A stretch of DNA of 64,000 nt from Balanoglossus misakiensis. Lineage: Eukaryota; Animalia; Hemichordata. Shown here in pieces: positions 1 to 11,614 of the stretch. Each line of letters begins with the position of its first letter. Positions within the stretch are counted from its first letter, which is position 1. The translations under genes and the position numbers were made by a program. The DNA is taken from the NCBI GenBank assembly GCA_040954595.2, contig CM082576.2:19887028-19951027 (forward strand), written 5' to 3'. The notes beneath the pieces are model-generated. The model made no database searches and was not told where the DNA came from. It was given only the letters and a program-made list of their open reading frames with translations.

Positions 1-1180
1 ATCTAGTACAAAGGTTTGTATCCTCACGAATAATTAACTCTGATTGCATAAGTTTATTTCCGTCTCATTACCTTCTGAAAGCAAATCACTCACTTGCCGG
101 TAAAAGTTGAGTAAAATACTACATCTAAACTGCATAGCGATGGCGGCCCATAAAAATAATTGCCCAGTGTCCCACTCGCAATGCACAACTTTTTAGGCCA
201 AGTGCTAATGATATTCGAATTTTCGAAGGTTACGCAATATACACATACATGTATAAATATTAATTTATGAACAATTTCCAGTGTTCACGCTGGGATTTCT
301 TTCGTTCTAGTTTACTCGTTATATAATGTACCAATTCCCTCCGGTAAGTTGAGCCGATTCCCATCACTTTGAGCCAATCGATATTCATGGTTTTTCAGCA
401 TTTCAGTCGACTATATTTACACCTGTTGCATGTCTTTGCAGTTTTTGACTTGACGCTTACAACCGAGTCGCACCGCACGCAGTACTATCTTGTTGTCTTC
501 ATGTTTAGTTGTTGTTTTGCGCACACTATTTGCACAAAAATATCTGCTCGTTTTGTTATCAACGATCGAGTATATGTTAGGAAGTCCGACATAGAGAACT
601 TTGTTCTAAATATTCAATGCCCCACAAATGATATACTACACTGCTCGACACAACACACCCCAGCCATACTCCATTAGTACACGCCACAAACACCGTATTT
701 ATACAGCCTGAGGGATTTCAGCTTCGAACTTATTGCCCAATCATATTCGACTATTTCCAACCAATCCCCTTCTGACTAATTGACCAATCACACGCTTCGA
801 GCATAATTTCCAAAAAAGGGAAAACTAACGAATTTGCTACATCTTTCCGGTTTCATCTTCAACAGTTTCTAACATTTTTTTGGACCCCCCCCCCCTCGAT
901 AAACACCCATACTCAAGGGGTAACTTCATTTAATTGTCAGTAAATAAAATCAATTCACAGTCTTATTACATGTACTATTTATAATATACTCAAATTTCCA
1001 CTACAAAATATCTGTATATGTGCGTTAAATTCTGAAATCTTTCCACCCAAACCTCTAGTTATGCAAATTTAAATTGCTGTCTGTTGCGTTCGCCTACGGT
1101 TTCTCATTTTCGGACATTCGAATCTAACTCCTGATTGGCCTATAAACTTATTTCTTTCATCAACACTTTCTAACCGTTAA

Positions 1181-2459
1181 CCCGCTGTACCTCCGCATGT
1201 CTCCACAAGAGCTAGGAGCTCAGAATCGGATGAACGAGACAAGCGGTCTCTCACGTTTAGTAACCGTAACACCGTTAAAGGTAGGTTTTCATTGATTCTA
1301 ATAAGTCTCCGTTCATCAACATTTCAAAAATTCTCCATAACCCAGTAGTTGCCACTGTGCTTCAATGAAATATTTCCTTTCAAACTTGCAAATGGTAACC
1401 GAATCTCAAATCGCAAATCTTTCCATTTTTAATAACGAAGTCGGATGCCGCAATCACCAACTCACTTTTTTATCGGACTCCATCATTCTAATACTTTACT
1501 TCAATGTTCAAAAATTGTGTAAAACAATATCCACTCTCAATCTATTTTTCAGGTTTAACGGCGTTATGGCATCCCCGGCTCCCGGTCCCTCATCCCCAAC
1601 CAGCCAAGGCGTGGCACTGAAATTGCGCCTCATGGAGGATGTCGAGATCCGGAATTCCGCCAACGGGAAACTGTTTAGCGTGCCTTGTATGCAGCAGGAT
1701 GGCAACGTTCTGGAACTTAAATTCTGGAAAGAAAATCCGAAGTGGCTGAACAGATTACAGAAGGGAGAATACGTACAGCTCCGCAACTTTTCCACTGGAA
1801 GAGATAATACCATTTGCCTCTATGATAGAGCAAAGGTACGTTATAATCGCACCCCGTAACTTATGGGCCTGACTTTTTTTTTGCCGTAGTCATTTTGGGT
1901 ATCTTAACCTCCCATCTTCTACATTTTTAGAAATTTACTCTACAAAATTGAATGACCCATTACATTTTAGAGACCTTTCCCGAATTCAACCGAAGCCCAA
2001 TGGGAAGGTCTTCGGATGTAATCCAATATGGCAGCCTCCATGCGATCACGTACATTGAAAATCCATTTATATGATACAACCATGCCTTGTCAACTCACCT
2101 CGGGTCAAAATTACTGCCATCGATTCATCATTTTGCAGTTCAAATTTTAAAAAGCAACTGACAAAAAACAACCACTCTTGCACTATTTCTCCACAACATT
2201 TACTACTCGTAATTATTAACATTCAATGTTTTCCATTTTATTTCCACTACAGTATGAATCAGTGACACATACATCGAATTCTACAAAGAGACGTAAACTG
2301 ACCATAACTGATGGCACAAGAGATGCTGAAGTCAACCTTTGGGGTGAGAAAACAGCGCTGCCACTGGATGTAGGTGCCACAGTTAAACTAGGCCCATTGG
2401 TTATCAACAGATATAAAACATCGTCCACATTAAATACAACAGCGACAACTGAAGTGGAG
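1181..2459 (+). mobile_element. Dispersed repeat copy 1 carrying an OB-fold gene (probably Helitron/Helentron-related)
   Basis: 1181-2050 is clearly homologous to 55850-56715 (both start CCCGCTGTACCTCCGCATGTCTCCACAAGAGCTAGG). The exon at 2253-2459 matches a degenerate copy at 56938-57110. Confidence 0.6.
1566..2459 (+). CDS. Spliced RPA70-like OB-fold protein fragment; exons 1566-1835 and 2253-2459
   Basis: Exon 1 (MASP...LELKFWKENPKWLNRLQKGEYVQLRNF...AK) ends AAG|GTACG. Exon 2 starts CAG|TAT (KRRKLTITDGTRDAEVNLWGEKTALPLDVGATVKL) and ends GAG|GTGAGA. Both junctions are phase 0. The D-x-T...LWG..A and FW...L..G..V.L.NF patterns are typical of RPA-type OB folds. No downstream exons were seen. 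Confidence 0.55.
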
Positions 2460-2483
2460 GTGAGACATAAAATACTGTTCCTG

Positions 2484-3802
2484 ATGCTCCGTGAGAACTG
2501 TCAAGTAGCCACGGTTCTAGGCGACATAGGATGGATGTCCACGGTACGGGAGGAGGCCATGCATGTATACGGGAAGGAAAAGACCGAAGCCAACCTGCCC
2601 GTACCATCCGACGCAGCCATAAAAACCTGCACACTACCTCGGGAGTTCAATCCAGGCCGCGTACGTGGGGGATTCGTTGGCCATATCTCCCCGCAAGAGC
2701 CCACAAGAACCACCACCGCAGCTGACGACCTGGAGGAAACTTTGAGCATCTTCCGGGATCCGCAGCTGGAAAAACAGGTACTCGGTGGCGACAAGGACCA
2801 GGAGATGGAGGTGTCGGAAGGGCCAGACCCACCCCGCACCCGTGTATCACCCCCAATAGCAGTAGCGAGAGACGGGGGAAACCAACGGCTGCTGCAGGAG
2901 CCATCACCCCCACGCCAAGAAATGCTGCCGCTGCAGTCACTGATCAACCCATTGGAGCTGGAGGCGACGTTGGAGGCGGGGGAATATCTAATCCCCTGGG
3001 AACTTCGACGCCACCCCGGCAGCCCTACTAGGTCCAGATCCCCAACCCGGTCGCCGCGACCGGAGCGTTCTCGAGAGGAAAGGCGGGACCGCCCACCTTC
3101 CCGTTAACGACCATCCTTTTCACGCTGGGGAGATCTCAGCCCCAGACGTCGATCACCGATCCGGTTTCCGACGCCGGAACCGCCCAAAGAAGACGAACGC
3201 CGCTGGAGGAGCGCCAGGCCGGCCCGAAGGAGCCCCCTATCCTCTGTTCCACATTACTCATCAGGCCCTTCTCCATGTCCGTTCCCGGGAGGCCGGAGGT
3301 CCACGCGCAAACTGAAGAAACACGCCTTTCAGTGCCACCTTCCAGTTATTTTTACTGAGAAGCCGGTAGTATTCCGCGAGCGGGACGCGGTGGAGGCGTT
3401 AGAGAAACTCACCTATACTGGCTGTGTGGTCCAGGAAATGAAATACCCGACCTGCTAGACTTCTATATCCGCAGGGGCGGACCTGGACGGATCCCTACGG
3501 AATCCTTTTGTTCACCGGAGTCCATGGTGATGATGAAGCGCCTGTGCGTCTTCCGGGGGTGGGAGGTGCCGAACAGGTTCCGACTGAGCTCCCCCACCAC
3601 ACCAGCGATTCTCATCCACTGGCGTGTCCTTAGCATACTGCTGAGGTGGGTATCCCAATCACGACAGGAAGAATTCCGGGAAATCCGACCTCACCGGAAA
3701 ACATCATCAATCCGGACACAGCAACCAGAGAGGACGGGGGCGGAAGCAGTCGCACAGAATCCATCGACGCAGGGGGAGCGAGGACGCGCCAGGGTTTTTT
3801 GA
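2484..3802 (+). pseudogene. GC-rich degenerate ORF, probably a retrotransposon accessory ORF fragment
   Basis: The frame reads through TAA 3105-3107 into an RS/P-rich tract and CPFPGGRRSTRKLKKHAFQCHLP. After a frameshift near 3410 it continues LYWLCGPG...RFRLSSPTTPAILIHWRVLSILL. GC content contrasts sharply with the flanks. Confidence 0.45.
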
Positions 3803-3901
3803 TGCATTTTTTATCCCCCAAGCGTGCGCGGAGGAGTGCCGAGTGGAAGACGCGCCCACCACCATAGATGACCTCACTGACTACGATGTTGGTGTCCCCC
3901 C

Positions 3902-4105
3902 TGTTATGTTTCCATCAACATGGGAATAATAATGCGATCATAAGGTATAACAACAACCTATTTATTGATCGGCTGAAAAGACTCAACAATGTGCTTCGCC
4001 TTATCTGGGCGGAAGTGACATCGTACAGCAATTCATAAACAAGTGGAACACCAACAATGCAACACTAGAGGGCGCTATATTGATCGTAGCTGTCAGAATA
4101 CTACA
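3902..4105 (-). repeat. 3' LTR (204 bp)
   Basis: Matches 8563-8766 except A4020 vs G8681. Confidence 0.97.
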
Positions 4106-4118
4106 TCCCCTCTTCTTT
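4106..4118 (-). promoter_or_regulatory. Polypurine tract
   Basis: Minus strand reads AAAGAAGAGGGGA immediately before the 3' LTR. Confidence 0.9.
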
Positions 4119-4300
4119 AATGAATACGAATGTCACTGTGAATTGTCCTGTGCAAACTCTGCATTCATCTTGAATCAGTCTTTGTCAAAATCAAACGCAA
4201 CGAACATGAAAAATACTCTGGGAAAAATGTGATAAATTTTCCTCTGTATAACTCAACTTTCTGTGGAACAAATGGCGTATCTCAATATCAGAAAAAGCTA

Positions 4301-5623
4301 TCAATCAGTCACATAATCTTTGTATCGAGACGGCTTTTGTATATTTGTTCTAGTTCGTGTTGATCTCAACAATTCTTGGGCTGGTGACGCTGGCGTTGCG
4401 GGTTGTTGAGGCGGTGTTCCCTCTGTGACTGCTGGTGCAATATTGTGTTGATCCATCCCTGTCTGTGCTGGTTTCAGTTCTGCGCTGACTGGTTTCAGGT
4501 GGATCCTGTTGCGTCGCATTTGTTTCCCGTTGTCTAACTTCACGGTGTAGGACCTAGGTGTGTTTGCTGGGGCTACAACTCTCGCTGGACTCCATGTTTT
4601 GCTGATTGGGTTTTGTACATGGACTTGTTGACCTGTCAGCAATTATGGTAGTTGTCTGGAGTGCTGGTCGTGGCTGGAAGTCTGGGCCTGCTGTTGAGAT
4701 GTCAGGTATTGACGAACTTCCTCCCCGTTTCTTGCTGGGTGAATTTTGGCTGGGAGAGTTGTCTTGTATGCTCTGCTGTTCAGCAACTCAGCTGGTGATG
4801 GTATGTTGGACTTCAATGGAGTCGCGCGAAGTGCCAACAATGCTAGATTCGGATCATCTCCGGACTCTTTGCACTTCATCAGGATGTTCTTCACGGTCTG
4901 TACATGTCGCTCGATAAAACCGTGCCCTTTGGGATAGTATGGTGATGATGTGACTATCGCAAAACCATACTTCTCAGTTAGGCTGTGGAAGTCTCTAGCT
5001 GTAAACTGAGATCCGTTGTCACAAACTAGTTTCTCGGGTATGCCTTGCTCTGCAAATAGAATTCGGAGGGCTCTCATAATGGTACTGGCTCTGAGGTCTT
5101 CAAGTTTCCTAATGAAGGGGAACTTGGAGTAGTAGTCAGCAACTATCATGTACCATGTTTGGTTCACGTAGAATAGGTCTGCTCCAATTGTGTGCCACGG
5201 TCGTGGTGGAATTTCCATTGGAATCATCGGTTCCTTCTGCTGGGAATTCTGGAATTTCTGGCACGCGTTGCATCCTGTTACTAGTCTCTCTATATCTTTA
5301 CAAATTCCAGGCCAGTACACGCTGGATCTGGCTCTCAGCTTGCATTTCTCGATCCCCAGGTGACTGCTATGAATGCGTTGTAGCATTTCATCTCTCATTA
5401 CTGCTGGTATGAGGAGTCGGCTGCCTATCAGGATAATACCATCTTCGATAGCGATATCGTCTCGAATAGACCAGTAGGGTCGAATATCAGCGTGAATGTC
5501 CTTGATGCTATCTGGCCATCCTTTCAGGACTTGCTGGATCAATAATTGAAGAATTTCATCTTTGGTAGTTTCTTCTTTGATCTCCATCTGTCTCATTGGT
5601 GTGATCTTCACCAGGTGGTGTAT
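4301..5623 (-). pseudogene. pol: Integrase part of pol (in frame with gag-pol but after a TAG; further TAA at 4643-4645)
   Basis: HHCC zinc finger (IHSSHLG...CNAC) and DDE core (GADLF, CDNGSQF, ERHVQTVK). C-terminal PRSYTV...RRNRIHL motif in 4301-4642. Confidence 0.9.
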
Positions 5624-8452
5624 CTAGACTTTCATGTCACTGATTTCGTTCTGATCTTGTGGTGACAGTCTAGATAGTGCGTCGGCAAGTATCATCTGTT
5701 TGCCTGGCTTGTAGTGTATGGTGAAATCATACGGCTGTATGCGCAACAGCATTCTCTGTAATCGGGGTGGTGCCTTGGTCAAATTCTTCCTCTGAATTTG
5801 CTCCAACGGTCGATGATCACTCTCTACTATGAAACTTCTGCCGTAGAGATATGTGCGAAACTTCTCACATCCGTAGACTACCGCGAGTAGTTCTCTTTCT
5901 ATATTGGCGTATCGGGTTTCCGCTGGTGTCAGGGCCTTGGACGCAAATGCTATAGGTCTCTGTTCCTGTATGAGCACCGCTCCGATTCCCTTTCCCGATG
6001 CGTCGACTTGTAGAGTGACAGGCTTCTTACGGTCGTAGTAAGCAAGTGTAGTCTTTGTGCTGATCAGGTCCTTGATCATATTGAAAGACTTTGTGTGTGT
6101 CGGAGACCACTCAAACTCAGTGTCGTCTCTGATGAGCTCTCTCAGTGGTGCTGTGTGTTCAGCTAATCTGGGTATGAATGAACCCATGTAGTTCACCATT
6201 CCGAGGAATGTGCGCAGTTCGTTCTTGTCTCTAGGCGGATGCATCATCTCTATCGCCTTGACCTTTTCTGGGTTGGGTTTAACTCCGTCTTCTGTGTATA
6301 ACATGCCAAAGAAACTACATTCTTTTGTCTTGATGTAGCATTTCTCTTTGTTCAGTTTAATGCCTGCTTTCCTGGTTCGTTCCATGGCTTCGTGTAGATG
6401 CAGGTCATGGTGTCGCTCTCCTGATCCGAAGACTTGTATATCGTCTGCAATGCCGACTGCACCTTCACACTCTCTGTATGTTTCATCAATTTTGAATTGA
6501 AACACATCTTGGCTCATCCTTAGCCCAAATGGCATTCGTAGGAATCTGTAACGGCCATATGGTGTGTTAAAGGTCGTCAGGAAGGATGATTCTTCATCGA
6601 TCTTTACATTCCAGTATCCGTTCCGCGCGTCTAGCTTGCTGAAAAGTGTTGCGCCTGCCAACTTTGGGGTAATCTCCTCCAATGTGGGTGTAGGGTAATG
6701 ATCCCTTTTAATGGCTTTGTTCAAGTCCTTCGGGTCCAGACAAATGCGAAGTCTTCCATTGTCTTTCTCCCGGACAACAAGAGAATTGACCCAGTTCGTA
6801 GGCTGGTTCACTTTGGCGATGATTTGCTTATCTTCCATCTCCTGCAGCTCGGTTTTGAGTCTATCCATTAGTTCTAATGGAACTCTGCGGGCTGGGTGTA
6901 CTACTGGTTGTACTTCTGGATCAAGAGTGATGTGGTATGTGTAGTTTTCAAAACATCCGACCACGTCGTCAAAGCAATCAGGGTACATCCTCAGCAACTG
7001 TTCTTTGTTCTTTATGGGAGGGCGGTCCCTGATGGGTGTATTACTGTCTATGTAGTCATCTGCAGGGTTTCTGTTTCTTCCTGCTGGCTTCTGTTCGTTC
7101 ATCTTTCTCTTTTCCACTTCCACATTTCTTCCAGGCTGTGCTGTCTTGCACTCTGGGCTCGCCTGCACTTGTATGGCTTCTACTGAACAGTTTATTTGTA
7201 TCAGGTTTAAGGCTCTGCTTGCCTTTAACCCTAAAATGGCTGGGCCTGCGGCGTCAGTTACATAGAAGAGGCATCTGATTTTCCTCTCTCTATGTTCACA
7301 TGGAATGACGATGGTGCCAAGCTGTTTGATTTTGGAACCTCCATATGCGGTAAGGATTGTTTTATTTTCCTTCAAGTGCCCGCGTTTTGGATTTCCGTGT
7401 TTATCCAGTTTCTCTGGAAATATGATCTTGAAAAGGCAGAGGGGCAGTATATTGCTCTGTGCACCGGTATCAAACTTGCATCTCAGTGCTACTTTCCTTT
7501 TCTTTTCGCTCTGTGTGATTGTCAGTTTCGTGTATATTTCTTCTTGTCTGTTGATGTTGTCCAATGCATTTATTTCGATAGTTCCAACATCTAGGACTTC
7601 ATCATCTATTTGATGCATGTTGCTGCTCGAGCGTGTCACATTATGGATTGGTTTTCCACCTCGTCTCTGCTGTGACTTCGGTTCGCTTGAGCTGGTTTTG
7701 GAACGGCATACCGCCTGCCAGTGATTAGGTTTCCCACAATTTCGGCATTTCGAGCCATATGCTGGGCAGTTACTTTTCACTGAGGTGTCATGCTTTTTTC
7801 CGCAATGCTTACATTGTTTGGGGTGTGTCTTGTTGGGCTGCCTTTTTACTGCGTTGACAGCTTTGCTATCCACAGGATTAGCAATATGGCAATTTGTGAG
7901 CGTTTTCATGTGTTTTGTTGTGGCTTCGTGACCTCTAGCTATATCGAGCGCCTCCTTCAAGGTCAGTTTCTCATCACGCCCAATAAGTTTCTTCTGTATT
8001 TCTTGGTGACAGATCCCCCATATCAACTGATCTACGAGTCTTGCTTCCTGTTCTTTTGTATCCCCAAATTTGCATTTGGCGGCTTCATTTTTCAATTTCG
8101 AAAAGAAATCATCAACTGGTTCTCCAGGGTCTTGTCTCATATCTTGGAATTGGTATCTATGTATGCGATGATTCGACTTCGGCTCTAAGTGTTCGGAAAA
8201 TTTGTCGAATAGTACTGTGGGGTCTTTCCGCTGGTCTTCATTTTCAAACGACCAACTGTTGTATTTGTCAAGACCTGGTTCACCGGACCATAGAAGTATG
8301 TAGCTAGCTTTCTCTTCATCGTTAGCATCTTTAAGTGCTGTCTTAAATGTTAACTCACATTTTTGACGAAAACGACTGAAGGCTATTGCTAGATCTGGCG
8401 CGTCCCATTCCATCTTTGGGGCTGTGAAGGGCGTTTGTAGTGCGGCCGCCAT
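5624..8452 (-). CDS. gag-pol: Gag-Pol polyprotein (gag, aspartic protease, RT, RNase H), ending at a premature TAG
   Basis: 942-aa ORF: double Cys/His knuckles (CKHCGKKH...CPAYGSKCRNCGKPNHWQAVC), protease FDTGAQSN, RT LDARNGYW/MPFG/IADDI, RNase H VDASGKGIGA...IERELLA...DHRPL. Confidence 0.93.
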   Translation of the reverse strand: MAAALQTPFTAPKMEWDAPDLAIAFSRFRQKCELTFKTALKDANDEEKASYILLWSGEPGLDKYNSWSFENEDQRKDPTVLFDKFSEHLEPKSNHRIHRYQFQDMRQDPGEPVDDFFSKLKNEAAKCKFGDTKEQEARLVDQLIWGICHQEIQKKLIGRDEKLTLKEALDIARGHEATTKHMKTLTNCHIANPVDSKAVNAVKRQPNKTHPKQCKHCGKKHDTSVKSNCPAYGSKCRNCGKPNHWQAVCRSKTSSSEPKSQQRRGGKPIHNVTRSSSNMHQIDDEVLDVGTIEINALDNINRQEEIYTKLTITQSEKKRKVALRCKFDTGAQSNILPLCLFKIIFPEKLDKHGNPKRGHLKENKTILTAYGGSKIKQLGTIVIPCEHRERKIRCLFYVTDAAGPAILGLKASRALNLIQINCSVEAIQVQASPECKTAQPGRNVEVEKRKMNEQKPAGRNRNPADDYIDSNTPIRDRPPIKNKEQLLRMYPDCFDDVVGCFENYTYHITLDPEVQPVVHPARRVPLELMDRLKTELQEMEDKQIIAKVNQPTNWVNSLVVREKDNGRLRICLDPKDLNKAIKRDHYPTPTLEEITPKLAGATLFSKLDARNGYWNVKIDEESSFLTTFNTPYGRYRFLRMPFGLRMSQDVFQFKIDETYRECEGAVGIADDIQVFGSGERHHDLHLHEAMERTRKAGIKLNKEKCYIKTKECSFFGMLYTEDGVKPNPEKVKAIEMMHPPRDKNELRTFLGMVNYMGSFIPRLAEHTAPLRELIRDDTEFEWSPTHTKSFNMIKDLISTKTTLAYYDRKKPVTLQVDASGKGIGAVLIQEQRPIAFASKALTPAETRYANIERELLAVVYGCEKFRTYLYGRSFIVESDHRPLEQIQRKNLTKAPPRLQRMLLRIQPYDFTIHYKPGKQMILADALSRLSPQDQNEISDMKV

Positions 8453-8544
8453 CTTGTCAGGTCAGTTCGATGGTCTTTTCTTCTGTAGTTTTGGTGTCTT
8501 GTGTAGTCGATAGTGTGTAAAGTCTGCTTACATCTGATCACTCA

Positions 8545-8562
8545 CGTTCACCGCTGCCACCA
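8545..8562 (-). promoter_or_regulatory. Primer binding site, tRNA-Leu
   Basis: Minus strand TGGTGGCAGCGGTG directly follows the 5' LTR; complementary to the tRNA-Leu(AAG/TAG) 3' end ...CACCGCTGCCACCA. Confidence 0.85.
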
Positions 8563-8766
8563 TGTTATGTTTCCATCAACATGGGAATAATAATGCGATC
8601 ATAAGGTATAACAACAACCTATTTATTGATCGGCTGAAAAGACTCAACAATGTGCTTCGCCTTATCTGGGCGGAAGTGACGTCGTACAGCAATTCATAAA
8701 CAAGTGGAACACCAACAATGCAACACTAGAGGGCGCTATATTGATCGTAGCTGTCAGAATACTACA
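8563..8766 (-). repeat. 5' LTR (204 bp)
   Basis: Matches 3902-4105 with one mismatch. Confidence 0.97.
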
Positions 8767-11614
8767 CCCCCCCCCCGCATGTTTAAAGGTTTCTATAGAA
8801 AAGTATTGTTGAGGTTCACAAAACTTTGAAGAAGCTTTGCAACACTAACTTTGGCCAAAGATTTGAATGTTAAGGTTTCACAAACGTAGTTACAGCTGAG
8901 GTTCAACTAAGACTAGTATAAGAGGCTTCAGCACGCCAAGTCTTGTAGCAAGCTTCAACACAAAGCTTTTTGCAACATTGTTCAAAGCGTTGTCAAAGGT
9001 ACTGCACAACCCTGGTGAAGTAGTGCTATATTTTCAATTAAATGGCTTAAGCCATTTGTCTCTCCAACCAGAATTGCACCAGTTAAATACACACAGCTTG
9101 AAATTGTAAAATGTTGCAAAATCAAACGATCACATCCTTACACCTATTATTAGAACCAGAAGTTGAGTCAAAATTTTCCTACCTAGAAATTTTCTTTCCT
9201 ATGAAGTTTTTTGCTTATTGGCATTCATATGGGAGCCTAGACCTATTCCAGCTGAGTTGCCAAAATGGCAATGTTGGACAATTCTTCTAATATGCATGAT
9301 CAAAAATGGCCGCCAAATACCTTCTCTAAAATAAAACATTTTTTTGTGGATACTGACGCTATACAAATAAATTATTATTATAACTTGGCCCTTTTTTCTC
9401 AAATTATGTGTAATATCTAAAATTTCAGGATTTGCATCCATATTGGTTATGTATTGCAAATATGGCAGTGTTTGGCAACTTTTCTATTTTGCATAATCAA
9501 AAATGGCCGCCAATCACCACTAAAAGTGAAATTTTGCCATGTTTCCCAAAATGATGCGCAATATCGCGTATTTTCAGGATTAGCACATTCATATGGGTAC
9601 CTTTAACAATACAACTGTGTTGCAAATTTGGCAGTGTTACCGTACTAATCATGAAGCAAGGAAGTGCAACCTCTGTATCCCAAATATATGTCTATCCCCA
9701 CTGATAGGAGTCACAAAGAGCCAGCCCCTCTGCATCATCCTGTTCCTCAATCTCACGATGGGAATCCTTTTCAGAATTCCGACCTCAAAACATCCAGGGA
9801 TTCACCATCATTCACCACACCCTCGTCAGTATCCACCATGTTTAGAGCCAATGCCTGAACATGTTGTCTCTTTATCTATGGATTGCGTTAAAGGCCAGTG
9901 GGAGTTTCATCTCCTTTTTTTGCAATTTTGACCATTTTTATCTGGTGCATAATGCTAGAGTACATATCATCCATACAGGATGATGCATGTACAGTGATGG
10001 GAAATGTATCAATCCACTCCTGCACTAGATTTGCATACAGTGCCATACCTTTTAGGGCTATTTTCTTGACCCTTTTGATAGTCTGCTGGCCAAAAGTGGC
10101 TGGCCAAAGTGGCCAGCAGAGACATTCTTCCAATACCCTTCATAGTGCCAACAGACAAGGCTTGGATATACAACCTGTGTTGCTTGTAAGGCACACATCT
10201 CCAATTGGTACATTGGGCCAATTATACTGTACATGTACAGCTAGGAAAAAAATATACTTCATCATAGTTTCCATGGTCAGCAGCTTCAATAACTTGTTGC
10301 CTTTTCTTACTGAACATTTAGACTTATAAAGAAGTATAACAAGAATAAAGTTGTCCAATTAGTGTTGGCAGGGGGGTGGGGGATGTGTTCTCCCATACAA
10401 AGGTGTATAGGTATGTAGTCTTTAAGAAAAACTTGGGGTAAATGACCAGAAAATTTGACTTATAATACAAATAGGTCGGGTTTTGGGCATTTACACGTGT
10501 TGATGTTATCGACTGGGGCGACAGACTACCATCCGAAAAAATTTCAAGTACCCCCCCCCCCCCCTCGGGTGCCGGCCAGTGGGATGGAGGTGATAGAAAC
10601 TGTTGTAGATACAATAGAGGCCTACAACCTGAAAACCTTCTGGCTTTAACCGAGGACTTGCCATTAAAGATACCTGTAGGCCCCTATATGCTGCTCCCAC
10701 ATACACTCCCAGTCCTAAACCTTGCATCTGATTTGTGGTGCAGATGAAGAATTAAGATTGGCTTGACAATTAGCACACTTAATTGCCTGTTATGAGATAT
10801 AATACATACAATCATGGGACAAGAATGGCAAAAGTCAAATTATCCAGCAGGTGTTTGAATTATGCAAATTAGAGCAGTTGTCTAATATTGCCATGTCAAC
10901 CATGTTGAAATTGTTTTAGGTACCCATATTAATGGAAACCCTGCAAATTCGATATTACACACCATTTAAAACAAATATGGGAAATTAACATGTTAGAGAA
11001 ATTTGGCGGCCATTTTGGATTATGCAAATTAGAACAGTTGTCTAATATTGCCATGTCAACCATGTTGAAATTGTTTTAGGTACCCAGGAGAGTTGAATGA
11101 AAATGCCATTTGCAATGCAGTTGTCTTGTATTGGGTGCCCATATTAAGGCATTCTTGAAAACGAAACATTATTCATCATTTTGACGCAAACAGAAAAGGT
11201 GTTCAAATGCAAATTAGAAGAGTTGCCCAACCCTGCCATATTTGCAATACAGTTGTAGTGACTGTCAACTCGACTACAGACAGTCTCGATGAACACAAGA
11301 CATGATCCCAATTTGCAAGCTGAGTTGAAACTGACTGCTGCAGTAACTTAGCTGTGGGAATGTCTTGTGTGATTTAAAACAATGATGACCAAATTTAACA
11401 CAGTTTCTCTGAGGTAACCATTTAGCTTTCGTGAATAAGTTTGTTTAAGAATCCTTTATTCTACCCAAGGAACAAATTTCCTTAGAATTTCACAACTGAG
11501 ACACAGTTTACAGATATACAAAAAGTGCGTACTACAAACATAAGAAATTGTTTGCATTTTTTTTTCTGATGGCAATGCATTTGACTGTAAACAGACATTG
11601 ACGTCCTTTAGTAA

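Larger units (their letters stand above)
3902..8766 (-). mobile_element. Ty3/Gypsy LTR retrotransposon, Mag-like, full length
   Basis: 204-bp LTRs with TG...CA ends; gag-pro-RT-RNaseH-INT order; PBS and PPT present; poly-C on both flanks, compatible with a CCCC(C) TSD. Confidence 0.97.

Noticed and set aside
2226-3107. 293-aa ORF as a single protein
   Set aside because: Chance fusion of the OB exon (donor at 2460) with an unrelated GC-rich fragment.
4606-8307. Plus-strand ORFs within the Gypsy element
   Set aside because: Antisense shadows of gag-pol with no recognisable motifs.
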